From: Octopus bimaculoides
Lineage: Eukaryota
Reading direction: 5' to 3'
DNA: 64,000 bases
Assembly: GCF_001194135.2 (NCBI RefSeq)
Contig: NC_068988.1
Span: 5,291,913-5,355,912, forward strand
Shown: piece after piece, positions 12,871 to 26,400 of the stretch
Position numbering within the stretch: position 1 is the first letter of the stretch
How the letters are laid out: each line of letters opens with the position of its first letter
Translations under genes and position numbers: made by a program
Notes under the pieces: generated by a model
Databases searched by the model: none
Told to the model about the DNA's origin: nothing
The model's input: only the letters and a program-made list of their open reading frames with translations

Positions 12871-13080
12871 TTTCTACTCTAGGAACAAGGCCCGAAATTT
12901 TGGGGGAGAGTGCCAGTCGATTAGTTCGACTCCAGTACGCAACTGGTACTTAATTTATCGACCCCGAAAGGATGAAAGGCAAAGTCGACCTCAGTGGAAT
13001 TTGAACTCAGAACGTAGCGGTAGACGAAATACCGCTAAGCATTTCGCCCGGTGTGCTAACGTTTCTACCAGCTCGCCACC
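12871..13080 (-). mobile_element. tRNA-derived SINE, family C, near full length
   Basis: Minus-strand head GGTGGCGAGCTGGTAGAAACGTTAGC, B-box GAGTTCAAATTCC, central GTCGACTTTGCCTTTCATCCTTTCGGGGTCGATAAATTAAGTACCAG, tail CCTAGAGTAGAAA. Several copies in the window. Confidence 0.88.
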
Positions 13081-14809
13081 TTCCTCCTTTTTACATGCAG
13101 TCGTAGATTTTACATTGCTACAGAACATCAATCCGAACTTATTTTTCCTTGAAGGTCCTGGAAGTTTGGTAAAATCATATTTGCTTAGAGCAAAACTGTA
13201 AAGTGTTCTGTCCTCAGGCCGGACAATGATGGCTTGTAGCCTCATCTGGAATTTCCATATTCCTTTTCAAAGGTATGACAACATATTATTTACTGTTAAT
13301 GCTTCCAGTAAATCTAGCATTGGTCTATTAACCTGTCGTATAATATCTGTTGAGGAATCAGCGGCAACCATTTAGAATGAAGCTCTAATAGTGTCACAGT
13401 ATGTGCTGGAAGCAGTGAATCGTTCATTTTAATGCGTGCACTGTTAGGTGTTAATGATTTTGTTTTGTGACCTCAGATAGATTCTCCGAATGCGAGAAAG
13501 ACAACACGTACGATAGTGAAACACAGAGTTTCACTAGCGACAAACCTTATAATCGCTGCCTTGGAAATGCATTTTGATCCAACTTCCACTTGGTCCAAAG
13601 TGAAGGAAAACAAGATTTTATTTTTAGGGGCATTGGTTATTACATATTTACAGAAAGCGTCAGTTTTTTCAGCTTAAAATGATCGACGTCATAAAGGTAA
13701 TACTATTCTATCGTCCCTTTGCTATATACTGGTTAAAAATGTATCTGATGAAAAATAATCGTATACTGATTAAACAATTTTACCAACATTTAGGAAAAAC
13801 TGATGAAATGCCATAAACTTCACCATTTGCATCAAGTCGCTGCCTTGAACCCAAGCAATCGATGAATTTAATATTGATTAATGTATCTTTTAGTCTGACT
13901 ACTATTTCAAACATTAAATTCTATGCTGAATATCTTAAAAGTAAATCACCCCTATGGGATTCTAGCGAGGAGGCCTCTAAGCGATTTTCGATCAGTTGAA
14001 AACACCCTCCAAATTTTCTTCGAATTACACTTTACTGTCTTAACTATGGAGATACATATTAGATTATGTCCCCCTACAGCCCTTAAAAATCCTCGATGAT
14101 CTTAACCGGAATGCCATTGATCATAGGCTTGTTTCATCAAGGCTGACTCAGAGTTGAACAGCTACATCAAGTCTTAAGCATATTGCATCTTTTGCTTCTA
14201 GTATATAAAGCACTGTTCAAGCGGAGATAAACCAAATAGAACGAGTTTGCAACTATCTTCTATGTAAGTTTAGTGATGGAAAAAAAATTCAGAAAATTAT
14301 AAAATCTGTTATAAACAAATTCCCCTTGAATCTGACATTTCCTATAAAGCCTACATTATCAGATAAAATCTAATAATGAATTAGATTGCCTGATTAAACG
14401 ACTAAATTTAAGAAACAAATTAATGTCATTATGCTACTTCGCCTTTTGTTTATCATCAGTTGATAAGTTCAACTTTTAAATCGTNNNNNNNNNNNNNNNN
14501 NNNNNNNNNNNNNNNNNNNNNNNNNNNNNNNNNNNNNNNNNNNNNNNNNNNNNNNNNNNNNNNNNNNNNNNNNNNNNNNNNNNNNNNNNNNNNNNNNNNN
14601 NNNNNNNNNNNNNNNNNNNNNNNNNNNNNNNNNNNNNNNNNNNNNNNNNNNNNNNNNNNNNNNNNNNNNNNNNNNNNNNNNNNNNNNNNNNNNNNNNNNN
14701 NNNNNNNNNNNNNNNNNNNNNNNNNNNNNNNNNNNNNNNNNNNNNNNNNNNNNNNNNNNNNNNNNNNNNNNNNNNNNNNNNGTCTGTGTCTGTGTGTGTC
14801 TGTGTGTGT

Positions 14810-14844
<35 letters not shown>

Positions 14845-15167
14845 CGTGCGTGCGTGCGTGACTGTGTGTACAGTGATGAATTCGAGGGTTTCGTTTATTT
14901 CTGACTTGATTTCTTAATTTCACTGGAGTATAAATAAATACCTATAATGATGATATTTTTAAAAAAAAGCTTTTTTTTAATCGAACTTATAAATTTCCCG
15001 ATAAGCAAGGGGTCATATTATTTTATTCCTTGTCTTTTTCATGAGTCGCCCCTCGTCTGCGTGTGTATAGATTATGGTGTACCTATGCGCGTAGACACAT
15101 GTGCGTTCATACATACATACATACTTACTTACATGCATGAATACATACATAGATATGCAAGTGCGTA

Positions 15168-15201
<34 letters not shown>

Positions 15202-18200
15202 TGTGTTTGTGTGTGTACACTGATGGATTCGAGGGTTTCGTTTAGTTACGACTTGATTTCTTAATTTCACCGGAGTATAACCTATAATGGTTATACTTAA
15301 AAAAATTAACTCGATTAAAAACCATAGGGAAGCAACACATTGTAAGCCACACTATAGTTGGCAAAAAAATTTACCTGCGCGCAGGGTATGTATCGCCCCT
15401 CCGAGGCCCCTTTTTTGTTTTCATTTTATATTGCAGCGTATTTCCATTGCATTTTTTTTTTTCGTGATACAAAAAAAAATGTGAACTCATCATTGCATGC
15501 TAAGAAGGGAGGCGTTAATTTTACAGAATTTCCGCTATTTAATAGGACATGGCACTGTGTAACTACTCGAATTAGTTTTAACTCAGAATTTTCTTTAAAA
15601 ATGTATTTAATATGAAGTCTTTGAATAAGAATTTGCTTTATTCTCCGTAGCCTGGTTTCTCTCAGCGCGTTGTACATATGAGGAGAAAGACACTTAAAGA
15701 GCTTTTGAAAATTATATTTCAAATGTTTCCATTGTTCGTTAATAAAGTTGTTTCCTCTGAAACAATTTATGATCGAGAACAAGACCATCTTTCTAGCTTC
15801 AAGTAAATATGGGTTATTACTCTCACATTTTCACTAATTATAACAAAATCCTTTTATTGTGATCAACAATACGAAAACATAATTAGACTATGAAGCTGAT
15901 GATCATCAATTATATCTACTTTGAGTAATTTTCATCTCTTGTTAATACGTTTGATTATATTTCAAAAGTTTGTTGGTAATAAGACAGATTCGATTGTGCT
16001 TTCCAAGTAAATATGTCTGAAGTGTTGCCTCAAGTATTATTGATATGATAATTAGTCAAGAACTTTTTATGTAGTACCTGTGATTCTAATGAGTTGCCTC
16101 GGTAACTATCAGACAAGTTTGAGATCAATTAGTTGAAAATAGAATGGTTAAAGTATCATATGTTGGTGATTAAGACGAAATGCTAGAACAGTCAAGTATC
16201 ATGTACTGTAGAATGTTGAGCTTCATTTAATATGTAAAATTCAAATAAAATTTATTCCCTACTCTCGATGCACTTTACAAGAGATTGTTGAATTATGGTT
16301 AACAAATATATATCGACATGTCACTTATGGCTTTATTAGAATATAAACAACTCTTTCAGGACAGTTGATCAAATTTTAAAATTGATTTGCATAATTTCTA
16401 ATATTGCTCATTTACTAAATCAATTAAAAAAATGTATCAATCCAGCATTCAGTCGCCATTCAGAAGATAGAAGTGTCATAAAATCAAGAACATTGCAAAC
16501 TCTATTGGTTTCTTTTCAAATTTTGAAGAGAAAAGTGTATGATTGAATTAAACCAGCTATATTGTTGTTGCCATAATTTCTGCAAATTCACCATCTTTGA
16601 GATCTTTATATAGTTGTACCATATTTTCGCAAAATGGATTCGTTAGAATCGAATATTGTAAATGCGAATGGTATGCATTTTAGTAACTTACAAGTGGTTG
16701 TTCTTGAGGTTGTTGCTGTTGTTGTTGTTATTTAAAAATAATAACCAAGGACGATAAAAGGCAGAGCATCCATGATCATATCGACTTTTTCCAAGCAAAA
16801 TATACCTTGGACAACACTATCGAATGTTTCGTTTGCACCCACGTAAACTCCTATTCCATGGTTACCTCTAAAGTGGTAAAAGACAAAACTAACTCGGATA
16901 GAACTTGGAGAGAAAATAAAACAGCGAATAAAATAAAACAGTCGGTAGAGCGTCGAAATAGAATGTGTTGCAATATTTGTTCTACCTTGCAACGTTTAGT
17001 TGAAATAAAAGTAATACTGTTTGGAAGGAAATAATGATATCCTATATGCAATAAACATACAGCTATAATGTGTGGCGGTGTGTGTACATACAAACGAGAT
17101 GCATTCCAGAGGTTTTGAAACGTTTTTAGGAGAAGCAGTTTACTATCCTAGATTATTGTACATCTGATAAGCTGACATGCCAATTTATGTTATTCCAGAT
17201 TGAAGGAGACGACTGTAGCAACATTTGAAGACATCATACTAAACACTGCTTGTCACAGACGACTAGTTTTCAAAATGTAGTCGGAACGTTTGAAAGATCG
17301 CTGTGCAAAGACTATTGTGTTAAAATGGGCTAAAATTTCACGGGTTCAGTTCCTGGACATTTTCACGTTGCTCCTGTCTGATAAGAGCATACAATCCTCT
17401 CCCCCTCCAGCTGGGGGAAGAGAGGGTCGAGTCAGGGATTGAAAAACCGAAAGTCTGTCTATGTTTGCTAGCGATTGAAGGATACCTAAAAACAATTACC
17501 GAGAGCATGAGGACAGTGGCTCTGAATATTTTATCCTAAAAGAAATCAGTGTTGTCCATTTCTTAATGAAATCAACTTCGAATCTGTAAAATATTTGAAT
17601 TGAAAAAATTGGAGTTTTTTTTAACTAAGGGTTAATTCAATAACTATCTCTGTTTATGCATATATGCATCTATAATCAAACTGTACCCAACTCGTATGCA
17701 TGCAATCAAATAATGCATTAGATTTAATTGATTGAATTCGAAACAAGTCAAAACTATACATCTTACATATAAATGCAGTAGTAGGGGCGGATATATCGCT
17801 ACAGTTCTGTGGATAATAGGTTACAATTTTGGATTCTAAAGGAAATCTTAAAAGATGAGTTATATAAGAAAACAGCAAACCGAGTGCAAGATGTATGTCG
17901 TGCCATTTGCACACTTCACTAAAACCCAATGTAAATGTTTACTACATAAAAATATGTGAAGACATGTGGTCCAACCTGAAATAACTTTAGAATTATTTTC
18001 AAAAAGAAAAACAGAATATTTCTACATAAACCCAAACATCTTTCCGAATGACATATTCCAAACAGATGAATTTAGATGAATTAAGCATATCTACAAATTT
18101 CAGATTATACAATTTCTAATAGGGTTTAACACAACTTACTCTTAGAGGTTATGATAATTTTGTCACGTGATTCTATAACAACTGTATATCATCATGTGGA

Positions 18201-18526
18201 GGTTCAGTTGCGGAAAATTAGGAAGTATCACAAAATACAATCCATTGTTTAAATTAGTTCTAACCACAGAAGGCAACTTGAACTAACATTTTATTTTATT
18301 TTTACTTTTTGTATATTATATAGAAATATCTTTCAAACTTTCATATGATTATTAAAGTTCCATCTAGTCCACCTTTGCTTTCATCTTCTCGATGTTGAAA
18401 AAAAAATTATAAGCTGAAGTCGGGAAGATATGTAATGGCGCCGAAGGAAACTGAATTCAGTAATTCGATGGCGGTGAGAGATGCTTTGCTTTTGCGTTTT
18501 TTTTCATTTAGAACTAAAACATTGTT

Positions 18527-18563
<37 letters not shown>

Positions 18564-18583
18564 GGGGAGNNNNNNNNNNNNNN

Positions 18584-18639
<56 letters not shown>

Positions 18640-19759
18640 TGGATGGAAGGATGGATGGATGGGTGTGTGTGTGTGTAATTTTCTCATTAATATTTGAAGA
18701 ATATATTACGTATTCAAAATTTACTTCATTGATAAAAGAAATGATTTTTTTCAAATCTTAAAATATGTTGCGCATTATCCCATTTTAGCTGAAAACATTT
18801 AAAATTGTGTAAACAATACATTATGCAAATATGCCTTTATCAATAGCATTAATGAATTCAATCAGATCAAAATATACACGTGCGAGTTAATAGGAAATAT
18901 GTTCGGTCATATCAGAGCACGAATAATATGTAACATATCGTTTGTACATGAAACCCTAAAAAAAAAAAAGGCTTTTAAAATGCCATTTCTTTTGAAATGA
19001 AACATTGATATTCATTTACGATTCTAATGTTTAGATGTTATTTGATAATAACACTTTAAAATTATTCAATCCATTTGTGTCGAAATTTCTATTTTTGCTT
19101 TTGTTTTTGGTGTTTAAGAAAAGGACGATAATCACAGCAATCAATTCAATGTCAGGTCTAATCAAGGAATTTATTGAATTTTCTCTTGAGGAAGTCAGTA
19201 GATCGAGTTAGAAAACAGCAACAAAAACGAATTCTATCAAAAATAACCAATTTCTATTCTAGAAATGGTTTGCGGTGTGTTTTTCACGGGGCACATTTAA
19301 ATAGTAATGAGCAGTTGTGGCAAGAGTAATTGCGGTTGTTAATGCTCTTATGTAAATGTTACATGAACTAATTAACTGTACCTTTTTCAGAAATTAATTG
19401 ATAATAATTGAATACAATGAAAAGATGACAACTTTTTCAAGTTCCATCCTGACAGCAAAATCTTGCTACTCTCTCGATATGATATATTATCAATATTTAA
19501 ATGAAAAAATTACAGCAGGACAGGACCAAAAGTGAATGTTTTGCTTTAAAGGTGTAAAGGCTTCTAACTTAACTGATGTAGTGGGCGTAGTTAGAAATCT
19601 TGATTACACGCCTAATGATGAGAATAATGATAATACGATAATTAATTCTAATGCAAAAAGGCAAGGAGAGACGACCACGAAATTTTAATTAGCTAAAATT
19701 AATTAATTATAGATTGCAGTTGGGAGTGAGTATGATCTTTAGCAAAGGAAACTGTTTCA

Positions 19760-20450
19760 GTAGTATGAGGCCTCATCAACGAAACATATTTTAACCATTA
19801 CTGCTGGGTTTGATGCATCCTGTAGCCATACATGGTAGAAAATCCATATAGCAGAAGGCATTGCTGACCTTCTGGTAAGTGACATAGAGGAGTAATTCTC
19901 CAATGCAAAATCTGTGCTAGTAGTCATTATGTTGAAAGGGGAATACAATATATTGGTTAATGTGATAAGTACTGATGCAACCATTTTTTGTTCGAAATGA
20001 AAGCGATAGGATAAATAAGATAATAGTTGGTGATACACGAGGAGTTTTGTAGAATGAGACAAAATGTCACGGCTCCCTGAGTTCGGAATATATTCATACA
20101 GAAAGTGACAGTGGGAAGTAATTTCCTGAGGATATGGGACTAACTGTATGGTATATTGGGAGAAATGAGAAGGACTTTGGTAGAGCTGGTAGCTATTTTG
20201 GTGACCAGTGATGCTGGTTTGAATTGAGCCTGGTGGAGAGGAAAGTGATCGTCGGGTGGGGGTGGATTTAACTACTGTGCACATTGAATGGTTGGATGCA
20301 AAGTTCCTGGTAAATGTGGAGGCTTCCTCTATTGGTAAGCTAGCTACAAGACCGTTTTGGTTGAGAAGTCGGGCGGGAAGAAGAATGATTTCCCAACACT
20401 GATAGAGATATTTTAGCAAGGAACTAAATGGATGTTATTCATGGACACCA
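19760..20450 (-). mobile_element. Degenerate non-LTR retrotransposon RT/post-RT fragment (I/Nimb/Jockey-like?)
   Basis: GC-richer block. Broken minus-strand frames give SNKKW...VLITL...ILYSPF, resembling the post-RT KKWG...TLLTLYK...IRP motif. Many stops. Confidence 0.3.
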
Positions 20451-21434
20451 GAATCGCAGTGTGACCGAGTGTTAGATTCCTTTCCACAAGATGGAGCAAA
20501 GATGATTTGAAAGTACACAGAAATAATGAACGATTTACTTGCATTACAAGAAAATCTTTGATTCGATCCCTCATAATTGAGTTATTAATATGCTAGAAAG
20601 ATATCAATTAGATATCACCTTGGTGACCGATAATTCAGAATCTATGACTGTATGCTCAAGACTCATATATCTGCTGGAAATTTTCAAGGTGGAGCATTTC
20701 TAGAGTCGTCATTTCATTTTATGCCTGTTGTCAGCCGGTTAGCTAATAAAAAAAAACACGTTTAAGTTATTACATTAGGACAGAGACGACCTGACTGTTC
20801 AATCATCTTCTTCCTCAGAACGACATAAAATAGTACACCTAAGTGTTTCCTCAGAAGTGTCTAGCAGTTTAGCAAGATCATTAAGATGTACTTTGTAGTG
20901 AATGATAACAATAAAATAAGTGAGAGTGATCAGTGGAGCTGGCATCTTTTAACTCCAGGAAGGAGAGATAATACAGGAGGTGGACAATTCTTTGTTCTAC
21001 AAATACGCAATCGTAGATGGGAGTAAAACTATAGGTGAGTAAAAGCGACCCAAACGAGAATGAATAATAAATATTCCCTTCAGAAAACATTTCCAACAGT
21101 AGCAAGAGTAATATCGGTCCCATCAGCACATTTGCAGCGCAAAATATGACATGATTTTCTCCAATTAAAATGGAGCGTGCCAGATCTCAATTCAATACTT
21201 TATTGATTTGGTCTTTAAGAATGTGTGTACCCATGGTCTTCTCAGAATATCCGACACAATTAGATCGATACCATTAACGTTCTTTTTAGACATGACCTGT
21301 CTGGCCCAATGAGAATTGATCGAGCTCGTGTGTGATGGACACAGCTTTCTCCACCATATATTGTCAACATGATCGCATGTGTAACCTACGCATGTCAATC
21401 ACAGAGTAACAATAAAGTAATCGCCTACTGATTT

Positions 21435-21438
<4 letters not shown>

Positions 21439-21526
<88 letters not shown>
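21439..21526. repeat. (TG)n microsatellite
   Basis: Direct reading. Confidence 0.95.
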
Positions 21527-21714
21527 ATTATTCAGTTTTATTTCAAGATTTCTTACCATTATAGAAAGAACCAGTTTCTAATCCAGATCCAAGGTTCCTT
21601 CATTGGAATTTCAACATCGACAGTGTATTTTTATGTGTATATGTGCAGATTTGTGCTTTGTTTTATGTATGTATTCTTATGCATATAGTTGCATCTCTAG
21701 ACAGGTTCATATAT

Positions 21715-22510
21715 ACTTAAATGATAAACGTCTGGAAGGTTTTACAGATTTTTACAGTTCCAGTGATGGCTTGGATCTGTAGTCTTCGAATCAGCTTTCT
21801 CCTTTCTGATTTTGAGAAGCCTAATTTCTCAAGATTGGTATTTAGACAGTGGGTTACATATCACAGTGCCCCAATAATTACAGATATTAACCTGAACTTG
21901 TGATCTGGATAGAGTAACTGTAGACGTCTCAATAGTTCAGTGTAGGTATTTTTTTTCGTTGATCGTTAGCTTTATGTTAACATCCGCTGGACAGCTGATT
22001 TCGACAACTGTACACAGTTTCTCTTCGCTGTCCCAAATCACTATGTCAGGTCTATTATGTTTACATTATATTGAGATTTTCATTGGGACATTTCAACAGT
22101 ACTCCTTTTTATTATGAGTAGATATGGCTTCTACCATACTGTGGGTAATTATTTCTTTGACCTCGGGGTTGTCCTTCGGACGGATTTCATTATACAGTGT
22201 CGTAGCTACATCATGTCTCATCGTGAGATAAAACCGTAATGACATTTTCGAACAACTACTTATGATGTGGGTGGCATCTTTGGTGTTAACTCCACTAAGT
22301 CTGCATCGGTTTTATTGCTTTTCCTGTCTCTATCCCTTCTGTGCATCAGATATTTGGTTGACATTTCTTGTTCCTGGGTTGCAAACATATACCCTTCAAA
22401 TTGGGAGTTAGTAATCTGGTTGTTGAGCCATGGTAGACTGCTTTGATGGTCATCGTGGAGCTTTCTACTAGCATATCCATGCATGGTCTTCTGCTGATAT
22501 ACACTTATCC
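21715..22510 (-). mobile_element. R4/Dong-like RLE retrotransposon 3' fragment
   Basis: Minus-strand MHGYASRKL...QFEGYMFATQEQEMSTKY...MRHDVVA...KHNRPDIVIWD...CTVVEISCPAD...VIIGALCYVT...GTVKICKTF. Confidence 0.85.
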
Positions 22511-22554
22511 TTTCATCTGATCAATGCTCTTATTAATTTCATGCATATCCTATA

Positions 22555-22814
22555 CATGTATGTGTGTATGTATGTATGTATGTATGTATGTATGTTTGCA
22601 TGTATTATGTATGTATGCATGTATGTATTATGTATGTATGCATGTATGTATTATGTATGTATGCATGTATGTATGTATGTATGTATGTATGTATGTATGT
22701 ATGTATGTATGTATGTATGTTTGCATGTATTATGTATNNNNNNNNNNNNNNNNNNNNNNNNTATGTATTATGTATGTATGTATGTATGTATATGTATGTA
22801 TGTATGTGTGTATG
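22555..22814. repeat. (TATG)n microsatellite with recurring GCATGTATTATG variant units
   Basis: Direct reading, small gap inside. Confidence 0.95.
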
Positions 22815-23034
22815 TAACGATGCTCCACATTAGATGAAAATCAACATTTTGGTTTTTTAACTCCCAGACCATCTAAACTGGAGCATCACTAGACACGCTG
22901 AGCCGTTTGTTAGCAATAGATGTGGTTGTAATCTCTGCTGCATTGAATTGCTAGAAATCTTAAAATGCACGAGTGAGGTTATTAATAAATCGGTAAGGAT
23001 CAAATGCCCGCATTCTGTACGATGAACATTTTTA

Positions 23035-23474
23035 TATCGGGTCATCCCATAAATAATGCGGTTTTTTCAATTGCATGAACTAAAGTCGGGGGGGGGCTGG
23101 ATAAACTACCTGCATTAACTTGCTATAAAAGCAGGGAGTAATTTTACATTGGCCTTATTCTTAGTCCAATTTTTGAAGAGTACAGTTCGATTTTAACAGT
23201 TATTTTATCAAAGCTGTAAAGGGAGTGACAAAGGAGCATATTCAGCATATTTTGCTTTATGAGTTCAATAAACACAACAAGGCAACGGAAAGTGCGAGGA
23301 ATATTAATACAGTATTTGGGGATCGGACAATAAGCGTAAGCCAGTGTCAACGGTAGTTCCAGAAATTCCGAGCCGGAAACTACAGCCTAGAAGACGAGCC
23401 TCATCCTGGAAGATCTGTAGAGCTCGACGAGGACATCCAGTAAACCCTGGTGGAACAAAATCCCATCGTAACTG
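23035..23474 (+). mobile_element. Mariner transposon 5' fragment (TIR plus HTH region)
   Basis: TA + TCGGGTCATCCCATAAATAATGCGGTTTTT TIR. Peptide TKEHIQHILLYEFNKHNKATESARNINTVFGDRTISVSQCQR*FQKFRAGNYSLEDEPHPGRS. Confidence 0.8.
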
Positions 23475-26400
23475 AGTCAAATGTCATGTTTGTTGCCAAC
23501 TATCTGATAAGAGAGATATGGTGGATTTATAAGAGCTAACCGGAATTGTATTTATAATAGCTAATAGTACAATGGTTGACAAGCTGCTGAGAGAGGCAAA
23601 TACCACTTCATTGTGGATATTACAGAGACATATAATAGAAATACTAACACAGCTCAGTTATTAGTAACAGCTGCTACTAGTGTAGTATGGAGGGTGCATA
23701 GACGAAAATAATAAAGTGTTAAGATGTCGGGCAAAGTAATTTGGTCGTCTGCTGGAAGCATCAAAAATGCTCAGTATCGCCTGTAGGGGTGTTGATGCTG
23801 GATAGCTGATAAAAAAAGGAATGTCTTGCAGTAAATCTGAATGTAGAATATGGAATAGCTATGCTATAAGTGTACGTGTGAGAGAAAAAGGATATATAGG
23901 GATAGATAAAGAGAAAAAAAAAGACAGTGATATTGGTAGGAGAGGGAGAAAGAGAAAAAGATAAAGATGATTTTATAAATATAGAGAAAAATTATATACG
24001 TGTATAATATGCTAATGTGTGTGTGTATGTGCGTGTGCGTGTGTGTGTGTATGCTTCTTGTATGCATATAATCCTCAATTATATATATANNNNNNNNNNN
24101 NNNNNNNNNNNNNNNNNNNNNNNNNNNNNNNNNNNNNNNNNNNNNNNNNNNNNNNNNNNNNNNNNNNNNNNNNNNNNNNNNNNNNNNNNNNNNNNNNNNN
24201 NNNNNNNNNNNNNNNNNNNNNNNNNNNNNNNNNNNNNNNNNNNNNNNNNNNNNNNNNNNNNNNNNNNNNNNNNNNNNNNNNNNNNNNNNNNNNNNNNNNN
24301 NNNNNNNNNNNNNNNNNNNNNNNNNNNNNNNNNATAAATAATTATATACTCACGTATTGAAATTCTGAACCCATGAATTTAGCAAGAAAGAGACATAGGT
24401 ATACATGTAAATATAAACTGTCTGACATATAAAAATGTACAATGCAACATGTGTTATATTTGAGAGAAAATAATTTAATACCAGTACCTCTAAACCCAGC
24501 TTTCAAATTACCGTTACTGCATTTATTTCAGCTGTAATTCCTGAAAGATGCAATTCACTTCCCAAATGTTGTGTGTTTTGGTAATGCATTCTTTATTGTT
24601 GTTTTCCTTCTGTCGCTAACGTTCCAGTCTTGTATTATTCTTCTGAATTCTTGAAGCTAGTTATTTCTCATCTTAATGCACTAATAGTTTTCTATATATC
24701 TTTCTGTATAGATATTTCAATCAAGTCAGAAAATCAATAACATTTTTAAGATTGTATTAAAATCTCATAAAAAAAAAATATGCTGATATATCAAAGAGAA
24801 GAGAGCAGCATTATTCATATTTTTTTATTGTTATGGAAAGTAGCATGCAAAATATTGTTATAGAAAAGAAAAGAAAATTGCTCACCATTTTGATTAGTAA
24901 TACTTTTATCACTAATACTCAGCTACAATTTTAAAATTTCAAAAACAAAATATGCAAACCTAATAGTGATGCACAAAACCTATATTTTAGAGTAGAAATT
25001 AGCCATAACCACTAATTTTCTTTCTCTGCCAATCAGAGTCGGAAATAAGCCCACAGTCTTCCTTGAACTAATATCAAATTATAACCCACAAAAACTAAAG
25101 AAAAAGAAATTCTAAAACAATTGAAGAGAAAATATAAACTAAAATACTCAATCAATATGAATGTTTTTCTTCTTTATTTTTATCAAATAATGCTAATGAT
25201 GATAGGTGAACATAAATGATTCAGATAACATGAGAGAAAAACAAATATTTTACTTGTATTCATATACAATACATATCTAGCTGGAAGCTGAGAATTTTCT
25301 ATAATCTTTCCACTAAAAACTGACACTATTAGATTATTTTCTTATTGTTCTGCGTTATAAATTTGTTTTGATGAAAGCACCTTAGCCAAAGAAAATTCTT
25401 TCCTCTAATGAACACAAACCTAAAGCCATTATTTTGGAGAAAAGAAATGAATTTAAAGAATGCCAAAAAAGAGTAAACATATATTAATCATATTTTAAGA
25501 AGCACCCGGAGTGTTTTAGAGTGGGTTTATCTATGTGTAATCACATCATTATTTGAATTGATAACTTGGCAAACGCAATATACTATCAAATAACTTTAAA
25601 AGTAAAGAAATTTTGAAATAAAATTAAATTCTAGCTTTCGAAGTGAATTAGATATTAAATATACTTTAGTTACGAACCACGAAATTATCCAATTGTGAAA
25701 CAAAGATGTCTACTTTTGATTAAATATATTTTATCACACATGATAAGACCCATTATCGGTTCGGATCCGTTATGTCCACAAAACAGAAATTTAAGAAAGC
25801 AAATTAATCAATAGTCTAAGATACTTTTTTTTATCAAAATAAACAGTCATTACTGAATATATGCGAATCTCTCATTATTCTTTTATACATGCATATGAGC
25901 ATTGCAATTTAATATATGTTAGTGTTCAATATTCAGTATCGATTTCTAACATTTGCATGTGGCCAAATATTTTGGCACGGGTAACGTCCTCAATATTTAA
26001 CTGATACTTTATTTCATCGATCACGGAAGGCTAAAATACAAAGTTGACCAGCGGAATTTGAAATTATTATTGTCAAAGCTAAAAGTTACCTACAAGAAAC
26101 TACTTGGGAGACTGACAAAGGAAATATGATCATTCATATCGGTTTCCGTTTTAGGAAGTGAAGTAAAGCATTCTGGTTAGTATATAGACTCAAAAAATTT
26201 AAATAATAATTCAAAAAATTAGGAAAAATAAAATAGTAATAATCTGGAAAACCCAAATTAAATTAAATGTGATTGAATATATCTAAGTGGAAGGCAGGAA
26301 AACAATATAGCAAAAATGACTCAGAGATTTTGCCCCAGCACCAAATCTTCAATGGGTTTTATGATTAGAATTTGTATCCAGACCAGGAGTTATGACGGAT

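Noticed and set aside
12991-13450. Possible DNA-transposon coding relic next to the SINE
   Set aside because: No catalytic motif could be matched with confidence.
16692-16735. Poly-Q exon (QQQQQQPQEQPL) ending at a GTAAGT donor on -
   Set aside because: An in-frame stop directly precedes it and there is no acceptor. It is more likely a (CAA)n microsatellite.
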